This document shows, one piece after another, positions 7,740-16,148 of a stretch of 64,000 nucleotides of DNA. Under the pieces are notes generated by a model, which was given only the letters and a program-made list of their open reading frames with translations, ran no database searches and was not told the DNA's origin. Position 1 is the stretch's first letter, and each line of letters starts with the position of its first letter. The DNA comes from a virus (lineage: Duplodnaviria; Caudoviricetes), in the IMG/VR virus record IMGVR_UViG_3300009540_000001, positions 1 to 64,000 of that record. The stretch is one strand, 5' to 3'. Both the position numbers and the translations under genes were made by a program.

Positions 7740-9808
7740 TTCGAACTCCCTTGAGCTTCGCTCAGCTGCTGTTCGTACATGCCCGCCAACCCGCCCAGGA
7801 ACGCCAAGGCCTTGCTCTTGTCGCTCGTCGTCGGCATCGGCAGCGCCGTTCGCACCTTGTGAGAGTACCCCTTCGTGTTCGAGTAGGCCCGCTTGTCGAG
7901 GACCGCAACAACACCCATGTCAGTCTCCGAACGAATCAGGCGCCCTGCCCCTTGCTTTAGGTCGAAGATTGCTTCGTTGAGGTCGAAGTCCGCCCAGGTT
8001 TGCATCGACGCGCGGTTCGGGTCGAAGCCCGCCTCGATCAAGCGGTCTGCGACTTGCTGCTTGCGCGCCTTCAGGAGCACGTCCCCGAAGTTCGGGAACG
8101 GCAGGCGCGGGATGATGACGAGCCGGCAGACGAGCCCGGGCAGATCGACGCCTTCCCAGAAGGTCTTCACGCCGAAAAGAACGGGGTTGGGCGTCTTCAG
8201 GAACCACTCGATCAAGGGCTCGGGCGGCCCGTTCTGGAGGCCCATGTTGTACGGCAGGGGCATGTGGTTGGTGCGCAGGGCGCTGTGCAGCTTGTTCATG
8301 TCGTCGTACGACGCGCACAGCACCAGCGCGCCGCCCTTCGACGCGACGAGCAGTTCGTGGATCTCAGCGGCCTGCTTGTCGAAGTACGAGTCGCTGCGGT
8401 CCGAGGGGTCCGGGGAAGTAGCCGAGATGTACGCGCACGACGTCGCCTTGTAGTTGAACGTCGCGGGCAGGATCACAGCCTCCTTGAGCTGCCTGGGGTG
8501 AAAGCCGAACTCCCGGGCCATGTATTCGAAGGAGTTGTTCGTCGACAGCGTCGCCGACGTGATGACCACCTTCTTCAGCCCGAGCAGCGGCGGGGCGATC
8601 AGCGGTCCGATCTCGAGCGGCGTCACGACGACCTCGGGCACCGACCCGCGCCCCTTGGTCTCGATGTACACGAGGTACTCGACGTCTCCGCCGCTCAGGA
8701 TCTGTCCCTCCTCATCTCGCTCGACGTGACGGCCCAGCGCGATCTGCGCCAGCTTCTTCACCTTGTCGACCATGGCCGCACCCGCCTTGAGCTTCGCCTT
8801 GGCGCGCGCTACGTCGTAGTCCCCGCTCTCGAAGGTCTGCTCCTCCTCGAGCAAGCCCTTGCCCTCCATCTTCTGCCGGGCGCGCCCGATTACCTCGTAA
8901 AGATCCTCGAAGTAGGGCGCGACGTTGTCGGACATGGGCAGCGCCTGCGACGTCTGGGGGATCCGCTGGAAGATCTCCCCGTAGATGCGGTCGACGACCT
9001 CGGGCAGCTCGTACTCCGAGCCGTCCAAGAGCCTGCGCATCGCCTCGGGCTGCTTGTGATGCAGGCGCAGGGAGTACGCATCCCGAAAGAACTTGGGCGC
9101 CTGATGCGCTTCGTCGATGACGAGCGCGTCGTACGCGCCGAGGAGCTTGCCGCCGCCCATGGCGAGGTCGTGGGCCAAGAGGGCGTGGTTCACGACGAGG
9201 ACCTTCGCCGACATGGCCTTGTCCTTCGCGTGGGTGTACCCGCAGTTCGCCTCCGCGTGCGGGCAGGACTTCCGCACGCACTCGCTCACGCGCATGAGTG
9301 CTTCGATCTGGTAGGGCACGGGGCGCGGGACGTCGGAGAGGTCGCCCGTCTCCGACTGCGCGAACCACTCGAGGAACGTCGCGCGCTCGATCGCGGCCCA
9401 GCGTTCGAACTGCTCGTTGTCGTTGAGCTCGTCGACGCGCAGCTGGCAGCCGTAGTTACCCTTGCCCTTGAGCAGGGCGTGCGCGGGGACGACGGCGAGC
9501 GTGCTCTGGAGCTTCTCGCGCAGGAACGGGAAGTCCTTCTCGTTCAGCTGTTTCTGAAGCGTCTTCTTCGCGGTGGAGATCACCACGCGCAGCCCGCTCA
9601 AGTACGCGGGCAGACCGTACGCGAGGCTCTTGCCGGTGCCCGTCGGGGCCTCGACCATGACGACGTTGGAGGCCTCGGGGGTCCCGGCGAAGACGGTCTC
9701 GACGATCTGCGCCATCGAGACCTGTGCGGGGCGGACGGAGCGGGCGATGCCGTGCGCCGTCGAGGAGAGGAGTTTGGAGGCGCGGAGCGTGGTGGCGATG
9801 TTAGCCAT
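7736..9808 (-). CDS. dinG: DinG/YoaA-family Fe-S helicase
   Basis: EAPTGTGKS, KGKGNYGC, Fe-S cysteines, VVNHALL, IDEAH, TSATL, FWEGVD, QGAGRLIR. Confidence 0.92.
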   Translation of the reverse strand: MANIATTLRASKLLSSTAHGIARSVRPAQVSMAQIVETVFAGTPEASNVVMVEAPTGTGKSLAYGLPAYLSGLRVVISTAKKTLQKQLNEKDFPFLREKLQSTLAVVPAHALLKGKGNYGCQLRVDELNDNEQFERWAAIERATFLEWFAQSETGDLSDVPRPVPYQIEALMRVSECVRKSCPHAEANCGYTHAKDKAMSAKVLVVNHALLAHDLAMGGGKLLGAYDALVIDEAHQAPKFFRDAYSLRLHHKQPEAMRRLLDGSEYELPEVVDRIYGEIFQRIPQTSQALPMSDNVAPYFEDLYEVIGRARQKMEGKGLLEEEQTFESGDYDVARAKAKLKAGAAMVDKVKKLAQIALGRHVERDEEGQILSGGDVEYLVYIETKGRGSVPEVVVTPLEIGPLIAPPLLGLKKVVITSATLSTNNSFEYMAREFGFHPRQLKEAVILPATFNYKATSCAYISATSPDPSDRSDSYFDKQAAEIHELLVASKGGALVLCASYDDMNKLHSALRTNHMPLPYNMGLQNGPPEPLIEWFLKTPNPVLFGVKTFWEGVDLPGLVCRLVIIPRLPFPNFGDVLLKARKQQVADRLIEAGFDPNRASMQTWADFDLNEAIFDLKQGAGRLIRSETDMGVVAVLDKRAYSNTKGYSHKVRTALPMPTTSDKSKALAFLGGLAGMYEQQLSEAQGSSK

Positions 9809-9889
9809 CTTGGGCCTGTGCTTTCTTTCTTGCAGCTAACGGGTATGCTAGCGGCGCTACTCATACCACAAGTACTGGGAGATTCTGAA

Positions 9890-10600
9890 ATGGCTGACAA
9901 ACCTCTCGTTCGTCCTGGCGAGTACGCCGTAAAGCCGTCGATGACGGGCCTGCCGGATCCGTCGACGGCGCTGCCGCTGCCGGGGATCGACATGTCCCAA
10001 CCCGAGCCTCCGGCGCAAGCCCAGCCCCTCGACCCCTCCAAGCCCGCCGACCGCCTCGCCCTCGAGCTGCTCGCGCAAGGCAACGGCGCGGTCACCGTCG
10101 CAGACGCGCTGAAGAAGGCGAACGACTGGTTGGCGCTCACGCCGGCCGAGCGATGGGAGAAGAACATCTCCGAGGCAAAGCTGACGCCGGAAGAGGCGGA
10201 GGCGATCCTCACGACGGTGCTCGAGAAGGGGTACTGGGAGAAGACGTACACGCTGTATCGGGGCAAGCTGAAGCTCGTGCTTCGTTCGAGGGACTTCTCC
10301 TCGAACCAGCGCGTCGCGGCGGCGCGCGACGACCTTCGGACGAACGACCAAGCCGTCATGCAGCAGACGACGCTGCGCGTGCAGCTGGCTTGTTCCCTCG
10401 TCAGCTACAACGACAAGGAGCAGCCCTTCGCGAGGTCCGATGCGCCTCGGTCCGAGCACGCCGACGCGTACAACCGCAGGCTTCAGTTCTGCGACCAGGT
10501 CATTCAGGGGCCGGTGACGGACGCGGTCTACAAGTGCCTCATGGACTTCGACCAGAAGACCTACGCGGCGCTCAGCGAAGGTGCCGACGACGGTTTCTGA
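9890..10600 (+). CDS. hypothetical protein, candidate tail assembly chaperone
   Basis: ATG at 9890 behind SD GGGAG; ends GGT TTC TGA; lies upstream of the tape measure gene. Confidence 0.5.
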   Translation: MADKPLVRPGEYAVKPSMTGLPDPSTALPLPGIDMSQPEPPAQAQPLDPSKPADRLALELLAQGNGAVTVADALKKANDWLALTPAERWEKNISEAKLTPEEAEAILTTVLEKGYWEKTYTLYRGKLKLVLRSRDFSSNQRVAAARDDLRTNDQAVMQQTTLRVQLACSLVSYNDKEQPFARSDAPRSEHADAYNRRLQFCDQVIQGPVTDAVYKCLMDFDQKTYAALSEGADDGF

Positions 10601-10614
10601 GTCGCCCGTCCGGT

Positions 10615-11007
10615 ATGATCCGGGCAAGGGCGATGGCCGCCGGCGTCGCTCTGCCCCGGGCGGGTTCTTTCAACGACGCGGTGCTACAGGCGATGCTCTC
10701 GCGCGAGCAGAACCTGAGATTCACGGAAGTCTCGCTGCTGACGCGCATGTTGGAGCGCGTGGTAGGGGAGCTCTACGAGCTGACGACGAAGCCCGACGTC
10801 ATCGACGTACGCCGTAAAGCGTTGTCCGACGACGTGGGCCGGAACCTGAAGGTCTACGAGTCGGAGCTCTACCAAGATCGCTACGCCGCGTCGTACGTAC
10901 GCGAAGAGCGCGAGCGTACTCGGGCGGAGCAGCAGGCAGCGTTCGCGGCCAAAGAAAAGCAGGCGGAGTTGCTCGAGAAGGTCAGGAAGTTCGGGGACGA
11001 CGGGTGA
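10615..11007 (+). CDS. hypothetical protein, candidate frameshift extension of the preceding gene
   Basis: The -1 frame is open across the upstream stop. Confidence 0.5.
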   Translation: MIRARAMAAGVALPRAGSFNDAVLQAMLSREQNLRFTEVSLLTRMLERVVGELYELTTKPDVIDVRRKALSDDVGRNLKVYESELYQDRYAASYVREERERTRAEQQAAFAAKEKQAELLEKVRKFGDDG

Positions 11008-11255
11008 CAGCCCTCCTCTTCTTGGCGGTCTTCACTCTCACCTTCTCCATGGACCTCTTCTACGTCCACTACCTACGCTCGGTCGCGAAAGACCGCCCCG
11101 CCCGCGCAGCGTTCTTCAGCTGCCTCACGCACTTGAACGGCGTCATCAACATCAGCGCCGTCATGCACGACCGCAGGTATCTCGCGGCGATTCTGCTGGG
11201 TGCGTGGTGGGGGACGTACTACAGCGTGTGGCGTTCGAGGAAGACTGCGGGCTAA
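11004..11255 (+). CDS. small membrane protein
   Basis: Three hydrophobic segments; GTGA coupling. Confidence 0.65.
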   Translation: MTALLFLAVFTLTFSMDLFYVHYLRSVAKDRPARAAFFSCLTHLNGVINISAVMHDRRYLAAILLGAWWGTYYSVWRSRKTAG

Positions 11256-11298
11256 AGAGACCGCGCCCCGAGCCTTGCGGCCCGGGGCGCTGTCTCTC
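11252..11298 (-). terminator. intrinsic terminator
   Basis: GC stem with GCAA loop followed by TCTCTTTAGC. Confidence 0.7.
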
Positions 11299-12446
11299 TA
11301 GGCGCTCGCCCGTACGTGCCGCGCGCGGCGCGACCCCCAGGGCCGGAACCCCTCGGGCACGGCCGACGCCTCCGCCGCGCGCTCCGGGGCGCGCGGTGCG
11401 AACACGCGGTCGAGTTCGGCGTCAGCCTTCTCGGCGAGCGCGCGCGCTGCCGCGCACGCGGCGTCGTACGCGTCTCGGAGCGCGCTGACGTTGTGCGCGC
11501 GCTGGGCGACCTGCTTGGCCTCCCAGTACGCGTCCCACACCTCTTGCTCGCCCACGCCCTCGTGGTCGACGTGGCGCGCGGCGTACGCCACTTCGACCCG
11601 GTCTCGGGCCGCGCGCTCAGCCTGCTCGGCCGCGTACATGACGTCGCAGGCGGCCTTGAAGGCCTCCGGCGCGTTGTACGCAGCGTAGGCCACCATGTAA
11701 GCCGCGTGCGCGGCCTCCTTGGCGGCGTCCGCCGTCTTCCACGCAGCGGAGGCGTCGACGCACGCCGCCTCACGCGCGGCCTGTCGCCGCTCCCGCGCGT
11801 CCCGCGCCGCCTCGAACGCGGGCGTCGTGGCGACGACCGCCGCGTCCGCGTCGACCGCGTCGTGCGCCGCCGCCAACGCGTCGGCGTGCGGCGCGACGAG
11901 CGCCACGCCTTGCTCCGCCGCGCGCTGGAGGAGCGGGGGCATGGCGCGGCGGACGACCTCCGCGCCCTCCTTGCCCGCGACCGCCGCCGTCGCCGCCGCC
12001 GCCGTCGCCCAGTGGCGGCTGCGGGCGGTCTCGGGCACGAAGGCGACGGAGACGGCGCCCCCGTCGGTGATCCGGACCTCGACGCACTCGACGTCCCCCT
12101 TGCGGGTGACCACGAGGCGCACGGCGCCCGACGGCGACACCGACCACTCGAGACGACCCGTGGCGGTCGTGTGGACGAGGCAACCGTGTCGGTCGACCAC
12201 CGGCGCGACCCCGCCCATGTCGTCTTCGCTCGCGGCGGCGAAGAGCGCCGCGACGCACTCCCCGATGCTACCTGCGGGCGGCTTCTCGCCCGCCCACCAG
12301 TGCCCGTGCGCACGGGCCAGCGCGTGGGCCGCGCGCCACTGCCGGGGCGTGGGGCGGTAAGCTGAGATGGCCTCGCGGACGCGGTCTTCAAGGCCGGAGT
12401 CTTCGGACGCAAGGCAGAGAATCGCAAGGCATTCGTTGTTGTTCAT
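11298..12446 (-). CDS. Ala-rich hypothetical protein
   Basis: Start MNNNECL at 12446, behind leader motif copy 2. Confidence 0.7.
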   Translation of the reverse strand: MNNNECLAILCLASEDSGLEDRVREAISAYRPTPRQWRAAHALARAHGHWWAGEKPPAGSIGECVAALFAAASEDDMGGVAPVVDRHGCLVHTTATGRLEWSVSPSGAVRLVVTRKGDVECVEVRITDGGAVSVAFVPETARSRHWATAAAATAAVAGKEGAEVVRRAMPPLLQRAAEQGVALVAPHADALAAAHDAVDADAAVVATTPAFEAARDARERRQAAREAACVDASAAWKTADAAKEAAHAAYMVAYAAYNAPEAFKAACDVMYAAEQAERAARDRVEVAYAARHVDHEGVGEQEVWDAYWEAKQVAQRAHNVSALRDAYDAACAAARALAEKADAELDRVFAPRAPERAAEASAVPEGFRPWGSRRARHVRASA

Positions 12447-12458
12447 GGCTCTGTCCCC

Positions 12459-12495
12459 CGTTCTTTTATATCCCGGCACGTAGGAACGCCGGTGT
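12459..12495 (-). promoter_or_regulatory. leader hairpin + A-rich tail, copy 2
   Basis: CCGGC-GTTCCTACGT-GCCGG-GATATAAAAGAACG. Confidence 0.75.
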
Positions 12496-12522
12496 GAGAG
12501 AAGTCCTAGAAGGCTACATACC

Positions 12523-12551
12523 CTTATACCCTCCCCCAAGGTACCTTTTAG
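12523..12551 (-). promoter_or_regulatory. promoter CTAAAA-N17-TATAAG
   Basis: Repeated architecture. Confidence 0.7.
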
Positions 12552-12600
12552 GCTAAAGAGAAGGCACCCCGGACCTCGCGGCCCGGGCCTTCTCTTTAGC
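12552..12600. terminator. intrinsic terminator, probably bidirectional
   Basis: gctaaagagaaggc...gccttctctttagc inverted repeat. Confidence 0.7.
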
Positions 12601-12871
12601 TGTTCCGTAGTGCTCTAAGGGAGGCTGCGAGCCTCCCCAAGTTGAGGTTGTCCTTCCGGTCTTCATAGGCCTGGCGCCAGGTGGCCTCCGCGCAGGCTCG
12701 GGCCTGCGCGTCTTCCGCCCTCGCCGCCTCCCCGAGCGCCCTCTGCGCCTCTACTAGGCGGTCGTCCGCATCCAGCTCGCGAATGCGGCGCCGGAGCGCG
12801 CCGTGCGTGTAGGGGTTCTCCGGGGTCGAGGTCGAGGCGAACACAATGCAAGGCTTGTATGCGATGTTCAT
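12596..12871 (-). CDS. hypothetical protein
   Basis: SD AGGAG; has its own promoter. Confidence 0.65.
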   Translation of the reverse strand: MNIAYKPCIVFASTSTPENPYTHGALRRRIRELDADDRLVEAQRALGEAARAEDAQARACAEATWRQAYEDRKDNLNLGRLAASLRALRNS

Positions 12872-12908
12872 TGTCCTACTCCTTTAATGAGCCGTTTCTA
12901 CCCACTTC

Positions 12909-12938
12909 CTTATACCCTCCCCTCCCCCTACCTTTTTG
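12909..12938 (-). promoter_or_regulatory. promoter CAAAAA-N18-TATAAG
   Basis: Repeated architecture. Confidence 0.6.
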
Positions 12939-12940
12939 CT

Positions 12941-13648
12941 ATGCCCCGCCGCCCCATCCTCCCCCCCGCCCACGCCGCCTTCCTGAAACGCGCCTTCGAG
13001 CTCGACGAGCTCTCCAAGCGCATCCCGGAGGCGTCCCTCGGCGATAAGCCGGGGACCGTGCAGTTCAAGACCCCGAGCGGGCACACGGTGACCACGCCGT
13101 ACGACGCGCAGACGGTGACCCATCAGGTCAAGCGCCTGGGGGGTGTCGACCCGTACTACGCGAAGCTCAAGGCCACGCTCGAGGAGCAGGGGCGGCGTAC
13201 GGACCGGGGCGTCGAGCGGGACCGGACGCGCGCGGTCGAAGACCGCAGGTCCAGCAACATGGTCGGCGGCGGTACGCTCGGCGGCCTGGCGGGCGCCGGT
13301 CTCGGCGCGCTCGCTGGTCACTTCGCGGGCGGGCACGGGGGCGTCGGCGCTCTGGCCGGCGGCCTCGCGGGGGCGCTCGGCGGCGGGTACCTCGGGCACA
13401 ACGCCCACGTCGATCGTCAGAGCGGTCCGACGTCGCGGCGCATCAACGAGATCGAGGACCTGTACCAAGAGCCTGAGCACGTCAAAGAGACGCGCAGGAA
13501 CTTGGAGAACGTCAGGTCCGAGTTGGCGGCTGAGCGGTTCCAGCGACAGATGGACCGACACTTCGACCGGTGGGACCGGTATGACCGGTACGACAGCCGG
13601 TATCGGTACCCGGGGGACTTTGGGTATCGCAGCCCGCTGTTCTACTGA
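12941..13648 (+). CDS. glycine-zipper protein, possibly virion or membrane associated
   Basis: GGTLGGLAGAGLGALAG...GALAGGLAGALGGG; start reassigned to MPRRP. Confidence 0.65.
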   Translation: MPRRPILPPAHAAFLKRAFELDELSKRIPEASLGDKPGTVQFKTPSGHTVTTPYDAQTVTHQVKRLGGVDPYYAKLKATLEEQGRRTDRGVERDRTRAVEDRRSSNMVGGGTLGGLAGAGLGALAGHFAGGHGGVGALAGGLAGALGGGYLGHNAHVDRQSGPTSRRINEIEDLYQEPEHVKETRRNLENVRSELAAERFQRQMDRHFDRWDRYDRYDSRYRYPGDFGYRSPLFY

Positions 13649-13660
13649 GCCTTACGGCGT

Positions 13661-13712
13661 AAAGAAAAGAAGCCCGTACGCAGACGCCCCGTAAGGCGCC
13701 TGCGTACGAGCT
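13661..13712 (-). terminator. long-stem terminator
   Basis: GCTCGTACGCAGGCGCC/GGCGTCTGCGTACGGGC (G-U wobbles on the minus strand) followed by TTCTTTTCTTT. Confidence 0.75.
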
Positions 13713-13940
13713 CCCGCGCACAAGGCTCTGCGTCACGCCAGCTGTCGCGCCGCCACCCTCTACCGTACAGGGGAGTCGTACGCCGGCCGAGCCTCGAGCT
13801 GGTCCGGGAGAGCATCCGCGAACCCGGACACACAGCTCGAGGCGAGGTCGGACGGCCCCATTGTGAACGACGCGACATCGTTCGGGGCCATTGGGAATGC
13901 CCTCACCCAGGGACAGCTGGGAGGGTGAGGGCTGATGGGA
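13713..13940 (-). ncRNA. candidate structured ncRNA with long-range loop pairing
   Basis: Three strong hairpins; the loop of the first hairpin is complementary over 9 nt to a 3' segment. Confidence 0.6.
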
Positions 13941-13942
13941 GA

Positions 13943-14524
13943 TCAGTCGGCTACGACGCACCAGGCGTCGTCGTAGGCCTTCGCGTCACGGGCTTTCGCC
14001 CGGGCGTCCTCGAGCGTCCAAGTCTCGGCCTCGCGGTTCCCGCCCGCGAGGTTCGATACGAGGCGATAGGGTGCGAGCGCCGGGGCGGGCCCGGCGAACG
14101 CGAGGACCGCCACCACCACGTGGGTGGAGCCGACCTCCGTGAGCTCCCCGAGTTCGACCAAGTCGACCTCCGGGTCGTTACGGTACGCCTGCATCGTGTA
14201 CACGACGACTGCGACGCCGGCGACGGGCGCGGCGTGCTCCCGCTTCAGGAACGCCTCGCAGCGCCCCCGGTGCACGCGCACCACGTACGCCTCGGGGGCG
14301 GCCGAGCGCGGGCCGACGCCAGCGCTGACGAGGCCGATGCCCCCGGCGAGGGGTAGGAAGTACTGCCCCGGAACCTTGTCCGGGGTCTTGACGTCCGCCT
14401 CGTGTGCTCGGACCTGTTCCTCGAGCTTATCGAGGAAGGCGTCCCAGTCGAGAACTTTCGTCCCCACCGAGCGGACGTCAAAGGCCGAGCAGACCTTCGA
14501 AATCCCGAACTTCACGTTGTCCAT
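13943..14524 (-). CDS. conserved-looking hypothetical protein (weak DUF3228-like pattern)
   Basis: VVVYT..Y..DP, HVVVAVLA, P..PYRLVSNLAGGN, Y...W..VAD; strong SD GGAGGAG. Confidence 0.65.
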   Translation of the reverse strand: MDNVKFGISKVCSAFDVRSVGTKVLDWDAFLDKLEEQVRAHEADVKTPDKVPGQYFLPLAGGIGLVSAGVGPRSAAPEAYVVRVHRGRCEAFLKREHAAPVAGVAVVVYTMQAYRNDPEVDLVELGELTEVGSTHVVVAVLAFAGPAPALAPYRLVSNLAGGNREAETWTLEDARAKARDAKAYDDAWCVVAD

Positions 14525-14538
14525 TGTCCTGTCTCCTC

Positions 14539-14642
14539 CTCCGTTGTTTTCTATCCCGCCACGTAGGTACGGCGGTGTTCGAGGCGTTAAAGAAGGCGAG
14601 CGCTCCGTTGTTTTCTATACCGCCACGTAGCTACGGCGGTGT
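14539..14642 (-). repeat. two tandem 40-bp copies (3 and 4) of the leader hairpin motif
   Basis: 14539-14578 and 14603-14642, 2 mismatches, 24-nt spacer. Confidence 0.85.
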
Positions 14643-14648
14643 GGGAGG

Positions 14649-14846
14649 CTAGAGCTCCCAGTCGGGCTCCAACCCGAACACGCGGGCGAGTCGGTTCTGG
14701 GCGGCGGGGTGTGGGACCGACGTCCCAGCCTCCCACCGGCACACGGTCCGAACGCTGACCTCGAGCTTCCGGGCGAGCATCTCTTGCGAGAGCCCGCACT
14801 GGACACGAGCGTGGCGAAGGGCATTGAAGTCTGTGTTGGTCTTCAC
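14649..14846 (-). CDS. XRE/Cro-family helix-turn-helix regulator
   Basis: LRHARVQCGLSQEMLARKLEVSVRTVCRWEAG..P. Confidence 0.88.
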   Translation of the reverse strand: MKTNTDFNALRHARVQCGLSQEMLARKLEVSVRTVCRWEAGTSVPHPAAQNRLARVFGLEPDWEL

Positions 14847-14851
14847 ATATC

Positions 14852-14880
14852 CTTATACCCTCCCCCAACCTCCCATTTAC
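14852..14880 (-). promoter_or_regulatory. promoter GTAAAT-N17-TATAAG, likely leaderless
   Basis: GTG start 5 nt after the -10 box; the -35 box overlaps a TAC-N3-GTAAAG site. Confidence 0.7.
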
Positions 14881-14915
14881 GACGTAAAGAAACGCCGGGC
14901 TTTCGCCCGACGTCC

Positions 14916-15680
14916 CTACCCACGGGCGGCCCGCGCTTTCGCGAGCTTCGCCGGGGCGGTCTGGCGCAGCAGCCGCGCCGCGAGCTCTGGGCTTGCGCCC
15001 AGCTGGATCGCGACGCGAACGCCGCGAGAGACGCGTTTGTAGTACGCGTCCTGCTTGACGCCCGAGGGCGGCGTCGTTCGGCCTTCGAACTTGCATTCGA
15101 AGGCTGCGATGAGCTGCGCGTAGCGAAGCGTCTCGCCCGGGCCCTCGAGCAGGACCAAGGCGATCATCTCTCGGCGCAGGGCGCTCTCGGCGCAACGCGA
15201 CTGCGCTGCGTCGACGCCCCGAAGGGCGGTCGCGATGGCGTCAATCGCTGCTTCGCGCCGGCGTCGCCACGCCGAGATTTGCGCGAACCTGACAACCTGG
15301 TTCGCGTATCCCCAGGGGCGGCGCGCGGCCTGCGCGCGCTCAACGACGTCTCCCGCTTTCGCGGGAGACTTAACTGCCAGGAGGTAGGCGAATAGCCTTC
15401 GCGCCTGGGCGGGTCTCTCGGCCCCGGGGGTGATCCACCCCAGGCCGGAGAGGGAACGCACGTTGCCGTGCGTCCGATGCTCGCGGCGCAGGATACGCCG
15501 CGCTTGGCACATGGTCGTGCCAGGCACAGCCGCCGCGACGGCGGCTGCGCTCAGAGGGTCGCGCGCAGCGCTGATCAGCGCGCGCACGGCGAGCGTTCGC
15601 TCGCTGGGCTCACCTGCTTTCGCAGGTGCCTCCTTGGCCGGGAAGGCGAAGGAGGATGCAACACCTGGTAGGGTGCTCAC
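14916..15680 (-). CDS. basic Ala/Arg-rich hypothetical protein, possibly DNA binding
   Basis: ORF bounded by its own promoter and a terminator-like hairpin. Confidence 0.55.
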   Translation of the reverse strand: MSTLPGVASSFAFPAKEAPAKAGEPSERTLAVRALISAARDPLSAAAVAAAVPGTTMCQARRILRREHRTHGNVRSLSGLGWITPGAERPAQARRLFAYLLAVKSPAKAGDVVERAQAARRPWGYANQVVRFAQISAWRRRREAAIDAIATALRGVDAAQSRCAESALRREMIALVLLEGPGETLRYAQLIAAFECKFEGRTTPPSGVKQDAYYKRVSRGVRVAIQLGASPELAARLLRQTAPAKLAKARAARG

Positions 15681-15685
15681 ATATC

Positions 15686-15714
15686 CTTATACCCTCCCCG
15701 GCTAAGCCCTTTCG
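15686..15714 (-). promoter_or_regulatory. promoter CGAAAG-N17-TATAAG, likely leaderless
   Basis: Repeated architecture. Confidence 0.7.
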
Positions 15715-15723
15715 GATTACCAG

Positions 15724-15768
15724 GTAAAGAGAACGCCGTCCGGAGCCTTGCGGCTCCGGGGGCGTTCC
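15724..15768 (-). terminator. intrinsic terminator
   Basis: ccggagcc-GCAA-ggctccgg stem followed by TTCTCTTTAC. Confidence 0.7.
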
Positions 15769-15776
15769 CTGGCGAG

Positions 15777-16136
15777 CTAGTTCGCGAAGGCGGGCTGGGC
15801 TTGCGCCAGCATCGCGTCCTCGAGGATCGCCTCTCGAACGAGGTCCTGGAGCCCGGCCGGCTGGAACATCTCGGACCCGTGAGACTTCCACATGGCGACC
15901 TCGGCCACGCCGAAGACGCCATAGACCACCAAGGCTCCGACGGGGCCCGCGACGATCTTCGCGGTCATCACGCACGCCGCCATCGGCAGCTGCGTGGCGG
16001 CGCCCCCGACGAACGCGGCCCCCGCCATCGCGGTCTTGGGCGCGTAGCCCTCTTGCCGCAGGTACCCGTAGGTCTTGCGGGCCACGGTCACGAGCAAGGC
16101 CGAACGACGCGCAACAAGGCTCTTCACAATGTTCAT
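15777..16136 (-). CDS. small membrane protein
   Basis: Hydrophobic central region; behind leader copy 5. Confidence 0.65.
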   Translation of the reverse strand: MNIVKSLVARRSALLVTVARKTYGYLRQEGYAPKTAMAGAAFVGGAATQLPMAACVMTAKIVAGPVGALVVYGVFGVAEVAMWKSHGSEMFQPAGLQDLVREAILEDAMLAQAQPAFAN

Positions 16137-16148
16137 GGCTCAGTCCCC

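Noticed and set aside
13713-13940. Cobalamin riboswitch, tRNA or SRP identity for the structured RNA
   Set aside because: No B12 box, no T-loop/CCA and no SRP helix-8 motif recognised; it lies 3' of a gene.
14539-14642. Mini CRISPR array (repeat-spacer-repeat)
   Set aside because: Only two units and no cas genes; the same element occurs singly in front of RBSs elsewhere; no typical GAAAC/G end. A repeat-mimic role is not excluded but is unsupported.
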